A stretch of 64,000 nucleotides of DNA from assembly GCA_013265495.1 (NCBI GenBank), contig MU057744.1, forward strand, positions 1,316,356-1,380,355, written 5' to 3'. Shown one piece after another: positions 40,691 to 53,097 of the stretch (its first letter is position 1; the number at the start of each line of letters is the position of its first letter). The position numbers and the translations under genes were made by a program. The notes below the pieces were generated by a model. It was given only the letters and a program-made list of their open reading frames with translations. It made no database searches and was not told the DNA's origin. Source of the stretch: Vicugna vicugna (taxonomy: Eukaryota).

Positions 40691-40890
40691 GTGGGGCCGG
40701 GCCGGCTGCTCCGGGGCCACGGCCCGCTCCCGCGGCTCTGCGCCCGGCCTGCCCGTCCAGGAGGCGCGCCTCGCGCTGCCCGGCTCAGGCCTGACTTCCG
40801 TCCTGCAGCCCTACAGCTGGCTCTGGTGGCCGTGCCCTTAGTCCCTGGCTTCCTGTTGACGTGCGGAAACGCGCTTAGACACGGCGGGGG
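40691..40890. promoter_or_regulatory. Small intragenic CpG island-like segment in intron 24
   Basis: 23 CpGs counted in 200 bp; contains GGCGCGCC, CCGCGG and the ETS core ACTTCCG. Function is inferred. Confidence 0.55.
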
Positions 40891-42257
40891 GGCTGTTAGT
40901 GCTCCTGTCTGTCTCGTCGTGAATGAGTTTTCAGAGCCTTCCCTTAGAAGACCTGCTGAAAACACACACAGGTACTGCGCCTTCAGCATTCTCCTGGTTT
41001 TAAAAATGGCCTCAGTGATCCACACTTACTAGGACACGTCTGACAATTCAGAGGGATGTACAGTAAAATTCAGTCTCTCCCCTCCCACCTTCGGTCCCAC
41101 CTCTGACCTCCAGGCAACCAGTGCGGGCACCTCGGGGTCTGTTTCTGTGTTTTCTAAATATATAGACACTTACATAAGGTTGGCTGGTTGCAGCAGGTTG
41201 AGGGTGGGAGTGTTTGGTTTTTCAAATAAAACGGTATCAACATACTATTTTGCCACTTTGATTTTTCCTCACAAAGTAGCATGTTCTGAACATCTTTCCA
41301 AGGAAACACGTTGTAGTTGAGGGCGAAGAATATGAAAGCATCTGACCTGGGGAAAGCTGCTGCTTCCTGAAGGGGAAGGAAAGCTGGAAGTCTGGCCTGT
41401 CCTGGGTTGGGGCCTGGTGTCGCCCTCCCCCTGGAACTGTGGTGACGCCCCACTTCTCCCCAGCTTCAGGGCCCTGGCTCAGCCACAGTGGGGGAGGCAG
41501 TGTGCACTCTCGGGCCTCAGCTTGATGTGTTGTGTTCTAGAAGGAGAAGGCAGGTAAGGAGTCTATGCTATTGGTATGAACGTTCAGCAGGGGGCAAGTT
41601 TTTGGTAAAATTAGATCATTTTTAGGATTGAAGAGTGCTTCTTCCTCAGTACTGACGTTTTCAGTTTTGGCGAAAGGAATTTGGGGCTAAGCCATTGTTA
41701 AGATAAGAGTCTCTTGTTGCTTTTGCTTCTCTGTGTTACTTTGTGTTGAATTTATTTAGGGTCCGAGGCTCCTTCCTCCAAGGACAAGATGGGCTTGGGG
41801 TCGAGGAGTGTTGGTGTCCCCCAGGAACAGGGAGCAGCAGCTGGAGAGTGGTGCCCTGTGTCCCCTGCCAGTGTCTGGTTCTCCTGGGCCCCTGGTTGGT
41901 GGCCCAGCTCGTCACAGGAAGAAACTGCCCTTGACCTCAATGACAGCAAAGTGCAGTCACCCTGGCTGGTCGGCTCCCTTAGTTCAGACAGGCTGCTCAC
42001 AAGTGCAAGGTTGCAGGTCACCCCATTGGTGGAGAGCTGAGGACATAGTCTTTCTTGGTTTTTTGTAGGCATCTTTGTAGCTTGGGTCAAAATCCAGGTC
42101 TTTTCCCCTCGGCTTCCCCATCTTAGGGTGTCAGAAAGTCATTCTTGTTTTACTGGGAAAATCTGAAGTTCAATATTTATAAGTACCATGAAATCTTTCT
42201 CTGGAAAGCACTGTAGAAACACATTATCTCTAGTGGTTCTGAACAAGAGCTGTGTAG

Positions 42258-42425
<168 letters not shown>

Positions 42426-43369
42426 TGAAGAGAAAACAGAGCATTCAGAGTTAAGGGTATCGCCCTCGGCCTTCTGTTTACTTCTGTTCAGCTTTGCTAA
42501 AAACTGAAAGAGTACCCTGGGGCTTGTGATGGTGTCCCTGCAGGTGTCGGCATTGCTGGACAGAAGGCCAGGCGGGTGTGTCCTGAGCTTTCAGAGACCC
42601 TTCCTGAGCTGGCACTGAAAGTGATGGTCTGAGTAACCGAGGAACAGTCCAAGGTCCTGAGACACCAGCCCAGAGGGAGATTTCAGCCATTTACAAATGT
42701 TTACGATACAATGTGCACTTTCTTAATTCCCTGCCAGGGCTAAAAGGAATGTAAAAAAGTTTTTAAATGACCTATTTCCAGGTAGAAAGACGTTTAATCT
42801 GGAATGGGCCAGTTCATCCTACTGAAGGACGGAAAGGCATCTGCCCAGAATTATAGATTCTTTCTCTCAGTGAATGTGATTTAAAAAAAAAAACAAACTT
42901 AAGTGTTTTTTCCTGCTTTTCTCCGTCAGTGAATCCTAGTGTCCTCTCTGGTTAGGTGTTTTCATTATTTTCATTGAATAATAGCTGGTGGGACTCTGAG
43001 TGACCACGCGGTCCAGTGGTTGCCAAGTTTGTTTTAGTCACAGAAGTCTTGTTTTTACGTGGTGCCTCACCTGGAAGCTCAGTGTGGTGTCGATAAGAGC
43101 AGCCCTCCCTCTTCATCCCCTCCTGGTTCTCATGGAAGAGCACGGTTGAAGCACCTCTGATCTAGTCCAGCCTTCACATTCGCAGACAGGAAAGTACTGG
43201 TGATTTGTGGAGCTGCCAGGTGGTATCAGGCAGCCTGGACTGGGGCAGCCACATTTCCTGAGCCGTTTTCCAGAGGAGTTCTTTGAGATCTGTGAATTTA
43301 CTCACGTAGAAGTTATCACAACAGTAGCAAACGGTGTTAAACACCTGCAGTGTGCCAGCACTGCGATAA

Positions 43370-43540
43370 GTCTTGTACATGGATTTTTTACTTAATCCTC
43401 ATGAGGCAGATACTTTCATTATCCCCATTATAGGGGCGAGGAAACAGGAAGGAAGAGGTTAGTAACTCCCTTGAGGCTGCACATCCCTCCAGCAGCAGGT
43501 GTGGATTTGAACGCAAGTGGTCTTACTCTGTGCTGCATCA
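43370..43540 (-). mobile_element. MIR SINE
   Basis: ttaatcctcatgaggcagatactttcattatccccattatagggg..gaggaaac..ggatttgaacgcaag. Confidence 0.7.
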
Positions 43541-44960
43541 CTTAAACTTGCCTCTATTAACTTTTAATGAATCTCCTTTATTAAGAAGGATAAAGTTAAA
43601 TTAGGCTGGAATCACAAAACGGCAGTTTTTTATCTGCCATTGACATAGACTAATGTGTAAGTAAACTACGTTTCTATAACTCAATTTAAAAGCCATTTTT
43701 TAAATCTTACACTTGGATTGTGTTTCCTAAGGAGCTTGTATCAGGCCCACGGTTGAGTAACCAGCAAGCCTCTTGTAAGACGTGTTGCTGTTTTCAAATG
43801 CTAGTGACTGGCTGTGAACTTTTCCCACTTGGAGCCCAGGCTGCTGGAGCTAGTTAAGTGCCCAGCAGTAGCATTGCCCTTGCAGGTAGGGGAGGACTTT
43901 AGCTGGGCAGGTATCGGCCCCTGGACTCCACTGTGAGGACCTGCTTCCCCTTCTCAGTGAGCGAGCGTGCCGCGGGCCTGGCTGGGAGCTGGGCAGAGGC
44001 GGGGTGTGGGCGTCTGTGCTCTTGGCGATTTGGTCCAGCCAGACAGCCAGTGGTGTTGGCTGTTTTCACATACAAAGAAACAGCTGCCTTTTGAAATTAC
44101 TCATACATAAGTCTCATGATAAATCCTTTGGGTAAGTGCTGGTGACATGTTTCAGGAGTCACGGCACGGTTAGTTTAGGTTGATTTGTTTAGGTTGACTG
44201 TCAGTTCAGAGTCTTGGTCTAACTGCAGTGAACATGGCACAGGCTCGTGCTCTGGGTACCATCTCACGGCTTTGAGAGATTCCAGAATGTGGCAGTTACA
44301 TAACAATTGGAGATTTAGACTGGAGGATGCCTCCTTGCTTCCTTTCCCTTTCTTTTAAAAAGCAAGGTACTAATATTTAGTTCTCTATAAATTACAGAAT
44401 GTATTTTCAACTTATTCCCTCTCATTGTGCTGCCTGCAATTTGCCTTGAAAAGGAAAAAAGGGAAAAGAAAAGTTGTACTGTGTCTGGTGGCATGAAAAC
44501 ACAGGATGGTTTCTGATTTCTCTGGCGGAAGGATCACATAGATTAGCCCATGAACGTGTTTCCAGCAGGCAGGTCAGCCTGGGCAGGGGCTTGTCCCTGT
44601 GGCTCTGGGAGCAGGAGGGGTGTGTCCCTGTGGCAGCATGTTCTGGCCACCCGACTATTCCTGTGTTGGTGCGGTCAAGTTCTAGGAATCGGGGTCTTAC
44701 TTTCTCAGAGTTTGAAGTCCACATGGGTCGCATGCACTTTGAGGGGCTCAGGAGTAGGCACCCCCTTCTTGTTTTCATTAGCTCTGCCGAGTTTCCTAAA
44801 TAAGGACTCCACTGAAGTGAGGTTCATATGAGACTGGGAAATACTCTGGCGTGAATACTATTTGGGAGCCTTTTTATAGACTTCACACAGTGGCCTTTAC
44901 TGAGTATGTTCCTTAATAAAGCTGTTTGGTTTTACGCCTACTCAGGAGTGATCGGATTCT

Positions 44961-46243
44961 TTTTGTTTGTTTGGTTTTACATTTTTTATTAAGTTATAGC
45001 CATTTTACAATGTTGTGTCAAATTCCAGTGTAGAGCACAATTTTTCAGTATACATGAACATACATTCATTCTTTGTCACATTCTCTTGCTGTGAGTCACC
45101 ACAAGATCTGATATATATTTCCCTGTTCTATACAGTATAATCTTGTTTATCTGTTCTACAATTTTGAAATCCCAGTCCCTTCCCACCCCGTCCCCCTGGC
45201 AACCACAAGTTTGTGTTCTATGTCTATGAATCTGTTTCTGTTTTGTATTTTGGGGGGTTTTTTTGTTTTGTTTTAGATTCCGCATATGAGCGATCTCGTA
45301 TGGTATTTTTCTTTCTCTTTCTGGCTTACTTCACTTAGAATGACATTCTCCAGGAACATCCATGTTGCTGCAAATGGCGTTATGTTGTTGGTTTTTGTGG
45401 CTGAATAGTATCCCATTGTATAAATGTACCACATCTTCTTTATCCAGTCATCTGCTGATGGACATTTAGGCTGTTTCCATGTCTTGGCTATTGTAAATAG
45501 TGCTGCTATGAACATTGGGGTGCAGGTGTCTTTTTGAAGTAGGGTTCCTTCTGGATATATGCCCAGGAGCGGGATTCCTGGGTCATACAGTAAGTCTATT
45601 CCTAGTCTTCTGAGGAATCTCCATACTGTTTTCCATAGTGGCTGCACCAAACTGCATTCCCACCAGCAGTGTAGGAGGGTTCTTTTTTTCTCCACGCTCT
45701 TTCCAGCACTTATCATTTGTGGACTTTTGAATGATGGCCATTCTGACTGGTGTGATACCTCATCGTAGTTTTGATTTGCATTTTTCTGATATTCATGATA
45801 TTGAGCATTTTTTCATGTGCTTATTGATCATTTGTATGTCTTCCTTGGAGAATTGTTTGTTTGGGTCTTCTGCCCATTTTTGGATTGGGTTGTTTGTTTT
45901 TTTCTTATGAAGTTGTATGAGCTGCTTATATATTCTGGAGATCAAGCCTTTGTCAATTTCATTTGCAGAATTTTCTCCCATTCCGTAGGTTGTCGTTTTG
46001 TTTTACTTATGGTTTCCTTTGCTGTGCAGAAGCTTGTAAATTTCATTAGGTCCCATTTGTTTATTCTTGCTTTTATTTCTATTGCTTGGGTAGACTGCTC
46101 TAGGAGAACATTTTTGAGATGTAGGTCAGATAATGTTTTGCCTATGTTTTCCTCTAGGAGGTTTATTGTATCTCATCTAATGTTTAAGTCTTTGATCCAT
46201 TTTGAGTTTATTTTTGTGTGTGGTGTAAGGGAGTGTTCTAGCT
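44961..46243 (-). mobile_element. Relatively young 5'-truncated L1 (ORF2 C-terminus, 3' UTR and A-rich tail)
   Basis: ORF 45273..45716 encodes [22 protein letters not shown]...TCTPMFIAALFTIAKTWKQPKCPS, the L1 ORF2 C-terminal domain; T-rich tail at the left edge. Confidence 0.95.
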
Positions 46244-46823
46244 TTGGATTGCTATTTAGAGATACTTAGAAGAGTCACGTAGAATTATACAAATGTAAAG
46301 CTGGTTGGCACTTTAGCCATCGTCCAGCCCAACTTGCTCAGTTTCAGGTGATGGCATTGAACTTCCCGCCTTGTTCTGCGTTAGGAAGTCCTGCTGGAGG
46401 AGGGGCAGTGCTATGACTGTTGAGCTGGTGTGACCAGTAGCAGCCAGTTCTCTTTGTGATTTTGAGCTTTGATGGTGGCTGTTCTTCTACCAGCTTTTTT
46501 CAGTCGCAAATAATATTCTAGTCTTGCAGTTTACTGAGTGGTCTCACATTTCTCAGATGATCAGCTTCCTTTCTTATCTTAGCAGAAGCTCATAGCTGAC
46601 TGTGACGATCAGCCTTGTTCCATCAGCAGACATGTAGTGAGGCTGCGCCTTCCACGTGCCAGGCATTGAGTTAGGAACCAGGGTCACGGAGGTGGCTGGG
46701 GTGCGATCCTGCCGTCAGAGGGCCTGTCCTCTAGTAAGGGAAGTAGGTGCACAGGCAGACAGGAGAACCCGAGTGTGTGCAGTGATGGAAAGGCGAGCAG
46801 GGAGGAGGGGCGGCTGACCAGCA

Positions 46824-47362
46824 TGCTGTGGGTCCCCGAGAGGTGCCACTCACAGAACTCAGAGACTGTTAGATTCCCAGTCCTGGTTGATGTCCATGAA
46901 AGGTTGCAGATTGAAATCGGGTGGGATCTAGAAAAGACTGGGCACCAGCTCCCAGGTGTCTCTCCCCGTCGAGTCACACGCCCAGTGCTCAGCTCTTCCA
47001 CTAGTTAGTGACGTGTGACCACGTGTGCGGAGCACTGCCACCCAGGGAAGCTCACCTGAGCCTCAGTGTCTTGGACTTTTAGTGGAAGTCAGTCATGTAG
47101 GCAGGAGATGCTCACCTGTCTGACCTTAGTTACTCAGTCTTCAGCCCCTCCAGAGGCCAGATAGCACATAAGCCAAGTTCCCCCCATAAATCAGTGTTAA
47201 CATAAACTGTTTGCAGTGGCCCAGGTAGACAGACACCGTATCAGGCAGGATATTCGGGGGGCTTAGAGCTTATCTCCCAGGAGCTGTCAGGGGCCAGTCC
47301 TTTCTTCAGGATGTGCAAGACTGGAACACCCCAGGCCTGCTGAGTTCGCCCTTCGCTGCACA
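46824..47362 (-). mobile_element. MER77/MER21-group solo LTR (ERVL)
   Basis: Reverse complement begins tgtgcagcgaagggcgaactcagcaggcc...ctcctgggagataagctctaagcc..gaatatcctgcctgata, matching my recollection of MER77. Confidence 0.7.
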
Positions 47363-47495
47363 CCCAGGCAGGAATCAGCAGAGGCGGTGCAGGGAGAGGA
47401 CATGGTGTTAGCACGGGAAAGCTTCCTGAAGGCGGTGACCCCAGGATGAGCAGTATTCTGCACATGTTACTCTGCTGCTGCTCTGCGGTCACTGA

Positions 47496-47672
<177 letters not shown>

Positions 47673-48467
47673 TAATGTGACTTTACTGTTTAAAAGAGGG
47701 TAAAGTTTGGGATCATTTTAAAGAAGTACAGTTTTTTTAGTTCAAATCAATGTTCTTCAGTGTCTAAGTTCCCAATAACTCTTGGTTATATTAAAATTAA
47801 TTTTGTTTATTCCACCAAACCTCTTCTGGGTGAGCAGTAGGTGTTGGGTGCGGTGTTGGGTAGCAGAGTTGTGAGAATGAATAAAACATGAGCTCACAGC
47901 CAGCAGGGGAACAGGAACGGAGACGTGTGCTGGAATGACTCCCACAGGTCCTTGTTCTTGAGGGAAAAATGGGAGAAAAAGAAGACATCAGTCAGGACCG
48001 TTGCAAGCCTCTCGCCCTGACTGCCCAGCGCTCACTGTGCAGGGTCATGTGCTGAGAACTCCCTCCCTGGTCAGCCTCAGGGACTCCATGGAGACTGGGC
48101 ATGATGACTCTTCGGGGGCCACTGGGACGCTCCTCCCTGGTTGTCTGCTCGCTGGGCTTTGTGTGGGGGGAGTGAGGGGTGCATGTCGGGGCGGCCCGGA
48201 AAGAGAAATGTGGTAACAAGCAAGAAGGAAAGCTTGCGTTTACAGGTCAACATGTGATGGATGTTTATTGAGCCTTTGCGCTCTGCTGCTGTGCTGATCG
48301 AAGCCGTGTTGGGTGTAAAAGGGACAGCTCTTTAGGATGTACGTTTTCATTAATAAAAGAACTTGGGCTTTTTTCAAAACTTACTTACTGGCTTCCTTGG
48401 ACATACTTCCATAGCAACAGCTGAAAAAAAGCCTAGAGTCTCTGAGTAACTTTTCTTTTTTCCATAG

Positions 48468-48543
48468 GAGAGAAGATACTTAACCTTAAGTCAAGCTAGA
48501 GAGAACGGCTTCCGTATTGACTGGCTGTCAGAGCCTCGCCCAG
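48468..48543 (+). CDS. MTR: MTR exon 27: [25 protein letters not shown]
   Basis: Acceptor tccatag, donor CAG|GTCTGT, 76 nt. Confidence 0.95.
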
Positions 48544-48659
48544 GTCTGTTTGGCTGTTGGTTAGAGGAAGGCTGTATGTGGTAACTGTGAGCAGAAGAGA
48601 TGTGTGCATTTACTTGGCTACGCAGCCAAACAGGCATCTTGACGCTCTAGTGTCCAATG

Positions 48660-48900
48660 ATGAGGATGAATGATGGTGATTAAAAGTGAAAGTCAGTGGT
48701 TACCATTTATGAAGAGAACCAAACACTGTCCTGAGATTGACCCGCAGCAGCTCTGAGTCCTTGACACAATTCTGTAATGAATGTGCTGTTATCCTCGCTT
48801 TAGTTTGAAGAAACTGAGTTTCGGGTAATAAGTTAAAGGTTACTAGCATTCTGTCACTGACCTATCTTCTAAACCCAGGCTCTGTCCTCCGTGCTGTGCT
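48660..48900 (-). mobile_element. MIR SINE
   Basis: accatttat...cacaattctgtaatgaatgtgctgttatcctcgctttag..gaagaaactgag..tctaaacccaggctctgt. Confidence 0.55.
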
Positions 48901-49386
48901 TGCATGGGCCTCCTTCATCTGGAAGCCAGTTCTAGAGGACTTCTAGGGTCACTGCGTCAGCCCGGGTCCCAGGCGGGTCTGAGTGCAGAAATCTGAAGTT
49001 TGCAGATGGCTTCACGTTGAACAGACCTTAAGACCTTGCAGTAGAGCAGGGTCTCTGGCTTCCGCTCACTCTCTCCTCTCTCGGGTGCTTCCCTCCTTTG
49101 ATTTCTTTCATTTGGTTCCTCCCCTTTCTCATTTCTGGAGTCCTTTCTTGCCTCACATAGGGGTTCCATGAAGGAATAAAACAGGTGAGATATTTTGACA
49201 GGCTCAGAGAGGCGTGTGATACAAATGCGAAACCAAGACAGGGTGAGCAGGGCTTATGTTAATTTGAATCCATACTTCCAGGGCAGTATCTCAAACCTGC
49301 TTCCATTGCTCATGACATCTCCGCGTGCTGAGCGGAGTGGAGAGAACTGAGTTGGAACTGTAGGTGAGCTGAGTTCTGGACTCAGT

Positions 49387-49580
49387 TCAGGGTGGTCTAG
49401 TGGGAAAGTGCAAGCTGGGTTCTGGACTCTGTCCTGCTGAGCTCAGGGTGGTCTAGTGGGAAAGTGCAAGCTGGGTTCTGGACTCTGTCCTGCTGAGCTC
49501 AGGGTGGTCTAGTGGGAAAGTGCAAGCTGGGTTCTGGACTCTGTCCTGCTGAGCTCAGGGTGGTCTAGTGGGAAAGTGCA
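49387..49580 (+). repeat. 56-bp minisatellite: 3 perfect units plus 26 bp
   Basis: Unit TCAGGGTGGTCTAGTGGGAAAGTGCAAGCTGGGTTCTGGACTCTGTCCTGCTGAGC at 49387, 49443 and 49499; partial unit at 49555. Confidence 0.97.
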
Positions 49581-51257
49581 GGTGGGGAGTTGGGATTCTA
49601 ATCCCAACTTGGCTCCTGGCTCTGAATCCCAGGGTGGCCTTGAGCATCTTGCTTCCATGTGTGACAGTTTCTAATATGTAAAGAAGGAGTTACTTTATGG
49701 AAACGTTGTAAGGATAAAATAAGATAGTATGTGTAAACCTTTGAAAAAGACAAATCACTGTACCAGTCCAAACTATTATTTTCTCCTTCACCTTTCACTC
49801 TGAAACTGGAAAAATACCACAAGGAAAAGTCCACTTTAACCAAGTCAAACACCCAAAATACATCTCAGTGGAAACAGTCCTCTGAAGGCTCGCAGCACCA
49901 GGCCGCAGTGCCGATGCTTTTCCTGCGCGGCCGACCCGTGCCGGGCCCTTGGGGCTCTGGCCCTTGAGGTGCAGCCCACAGCCTAGTTTTTGAGGACAGC
50001 CCAGTCTTAGCATAGTTGTAGGAAGTCAATAAAGGGAGAAGGAAAGCTGCTTCTCTCTAGGTCTTTGGTGGTGAGACCTCAGACAGACCTCAATCTCCGG
50101 AAAGCAAGCTTGTTCGAGAGTAGCACCCGTCAGCGAGCACGCGGAGAACGCTTCTCCCTGCCTTCAGACGAGGGGACGCTTCAGTCAGGGGGAGAGCCGT
50201 AGTTTCTTTTTAATTACCAGACCAGTAAGCATAAGAATGTTTACACAGAAAGGATTGTCCTCTGCAGTAAGAAGATGACAGGAGCAAATGGGAAAGGGTC
50301 TGAACTGTAGGAAAAGGTAGACATTTCCAGGCAAAATGAAGAAGCTGCACATACTTCCCCTGGCCCATACTTTCACCTCTCACTTTTACTGTCTGACAAG
50401 AGAAGGGTACACTTAGACTTCTGTGTTATCCCTGAGCACCTGAGAGTGGTAGTTTAGTACAATTTCTCTGATCCCTATTTGCAGATCAGGAAACTGAGGA
50501 CACGACGGGTGGGAAGCCAGCAGCAGAGTGGTCACCTCCGACTCCGGCCAGACCCACCCCGGGCTTGGTGGAGTGGGGGGCAGTGTTGCTGCTCTGGGTG
50601 TCCCAGAAGCCCAGGGGCACCATCTGTCTCTGAAGTCTTCACCATTATTTAACTTAGGATCACGAGAGGCGTAAAGAAGAGAGGGTTGAACATCTGTGTG
50701 TCCCCACCAGCCCCTTAAAGAATGACACATTGCCCACTTAAGAAGACAGAACAATACACGTGTAGTGGAGACCGCCTGTGACCCCTCGCTCCCCTGCAGG
50801 ATCCTGAATCTGATGCCTTATTTCCAAGCATTTCCTTAGACTTTGGTTCTATCAGTAGGCGATACAGATTATTGATCATGTTTTTAAACTTTATGTAAAG
50901 TGGCTTATTATACGTGTCTTTCTGCAGTGGTCTTCATTTTGTTATTGTCTTCATTTGTACAAGTGACGGTTAACCCAAGTCTGCCTTGGGCGGGGTGAGG
51001 GTGGAAGAAGGGTAGGGGGAACAGTTTCCAAGGGCGGCGGCGTCAGTCAGCTGCATGGGAAGAATAGCTTCATTTAAGCTGTGCCGCAGAATTCCTCCTT
51101 CTCCACGATAATTTAAAGTTCCCCTCTTTGTAAAACAACTCCTACAGTGACAGGAGGGAGGCAGCGCGTGGGAGCCAGCAGAGCCAGGGGGGTGGGGGGT
51201 GGCGGCCGGGAAGGCCTCTGCAGGCAGCGCTCAGCCACGGGCCCACGTCAGTGCTGA

Positions 51258-51437
<180 letters not shown>

Positions 51438-51649
51438 TAGTTCAGTGAGTCCTTCCTTCTGCTCTGATATTCGAAACACAGTATTGGGACTTCGAAGATA
51501 AGAATATGTAATGAGCAGGGGGTTTGGGTTATGCAGGTTGTAGTTCATTGTTATGATACAAGACATTGTTACCTACTCTTCTCTCCAGTGGTCTTTAAAC
51601 TGCTGGTTGGGTCCTTATTTATTGGCTAGATCTGGCATTTTGTTTTTCT

Positions 51650-52100
51650 ATTCTTTAATAAATGCTTATTGACATCAGTTACATGCTGGGCTCTGTGCTG
51701 GGCACTGGGGATAAACAAAAGAAGACGTATAACTCTGTCCTCTGGTTCCTGGCTGGCGGGTGCAGCAGACAGTGGGGGGTGATTCCCATCCAGCAGGCCA
51801 AGCTCCTGCTGCGGGGCCACAGCCAGGCTGCTGTGCACACAGGACGAGATAGACCTCAGACTGGGAGATCAAGGGAGGCTTTCTGGAGGAGGTGGTGTTT
51901 GAACTGCTCTTTAAAGATTGAGTGGGAGGTACTGAGGCTGGGACTGACAACATGAGGTAGCATTGGAGAAAAGAACATTCCAGGCCAAGGAGAGTGAGTG
52001 AGAAGGTACAAACCCAGGAGCTGATCTGGGGAACAGCAGGGAGTCCATTGAGCCTGGTGGAGGAGGGAGATTTGGGGTGGTGAGCTAATCAATCTACTGC
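51650..52100 (-). mobile_element. L2 fragment
   Basis: Reversed L2 tail: ttctttaataaatgcttattgacatc...ggctctgtgctgggcactggggata. Confidence 0.7.
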
Positions 52101-52900
52101 TAGCCCCACTTCTCACTTCCAGCCCTACCCCCAGAGACATGGGGTCAAACCACTAGGCAGATCGAAGGATGAGGTCATAGCTAGCTCAGAGCCAGGTAGT
52201 GGGTGGACTGGTAGCCGGGTTAGGGCTGAGGAGAGCCCAGTTCCTGGAGGGGTCCCTGGTGTGTGTTAGGGTGCGGTGGCTCAGTGGCTTTCAGTTAGCC
52301 AGGGTGCAGCAGTGGGAGAGGGGTCTCTCATTCTGAGCTGCTCCTGAGTGACCACAGGTGAGCAGGAGAGTGGCCAGCGTATGCTGGCCACGGCAGACCC
52401 TTGACCAAAAGTGCTGGCGACCCTGTGGGTGCCACGTAGCCAGGCGCAGGCCGCGGAGGCCTCTGGACGGAGGGCATCCAGGTGCAGCACAGGCAACTGA
52501 GGAGGGGTCGGGGCCGCACGCCACTCCTCGGACGTCCCATACCCCGGGGTTCACTGAGGTCAGGGGAGCTGTACGTGCACCAGGGACGTCAGGACGGAGC
52601 GATTTGGCCTGCACTGTCTCACTCTGTTGGACAGATTGCTTTGGGGATCCAAGACTTGTCTCTGCCTTTTGTTATGGAAAAGTGTAAGTGGCTTGAGCTG
52701 GCGAAACAGACTGTGTGGGAGCTGCACTCAGAACCAGTGAACCCCAGTGACTGCACCTTAGGTGTGCCGCCACACACTGACACTGTGCTTGAGGGGGAGA
52801 GACGAGGTGACGGAGGAGGGGCCACAGGCTTGGAAAGAAGCGTTCTTAGCTGGTTATTGTTGGCTTCTCTAAGTGAATTCTTATGATATTTTCCCAACAG

Positions 52901-53097
52901 GTGAAGAGGCCAAAAAAGTCTATGATGATGCCCAAAACATGCTGAAAGCACTGATTAGTCAGAAGAAGCTGCAGGCCAGGGGTGTGGTTGGGTTCTGGCC
53001 AGCGCAGAGCGTCCGGGACGATATCCACCTGTTCGCGGAGGGTGCAGTGCCCCAGGCTGCAGACCCCATAGCCGTCTTTCACGGGCTGAGGCAGCAG
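52901..53097 (+). CDS. MTR: MTR exon 29: (G)[15 protein letters not shown]...[10 protein letters not shown]...FHGLRQQ
   Basis: Acceptor ccaacag, donor CAG|GTATGG, 197 nt; lies within ORF 52873..53154. Confidence 0.97.

Noticed and set aside
45273..45716. 147-aa ORF as a host gene
   Set aside because: It is the L1 ORF2 C-terminus of a 5'-truncated element with upstream frameshifts, so it is not autonomous.
48657..48734. Box C/D snoRNA (ATGATGA ... CTGA spanning 78 nt)
   Set aside because: No convincing terminal stem, an atypical position near the donor, and the sequence reads as the reversed tail of a MIR.
49387..49460. tRNA gene suggested by GGTGGTCTAGTGG
   Set aside because: No cloverleaf, anticodon arm or proper GTTCGA T-loop; only the A-box-like head is present.
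49387..49580. 56-bp repeat as a CRISPR array
   Set aside because: The units are contiguous and identical, with no unique spacers and no cas genes, in a eukaryotic context.
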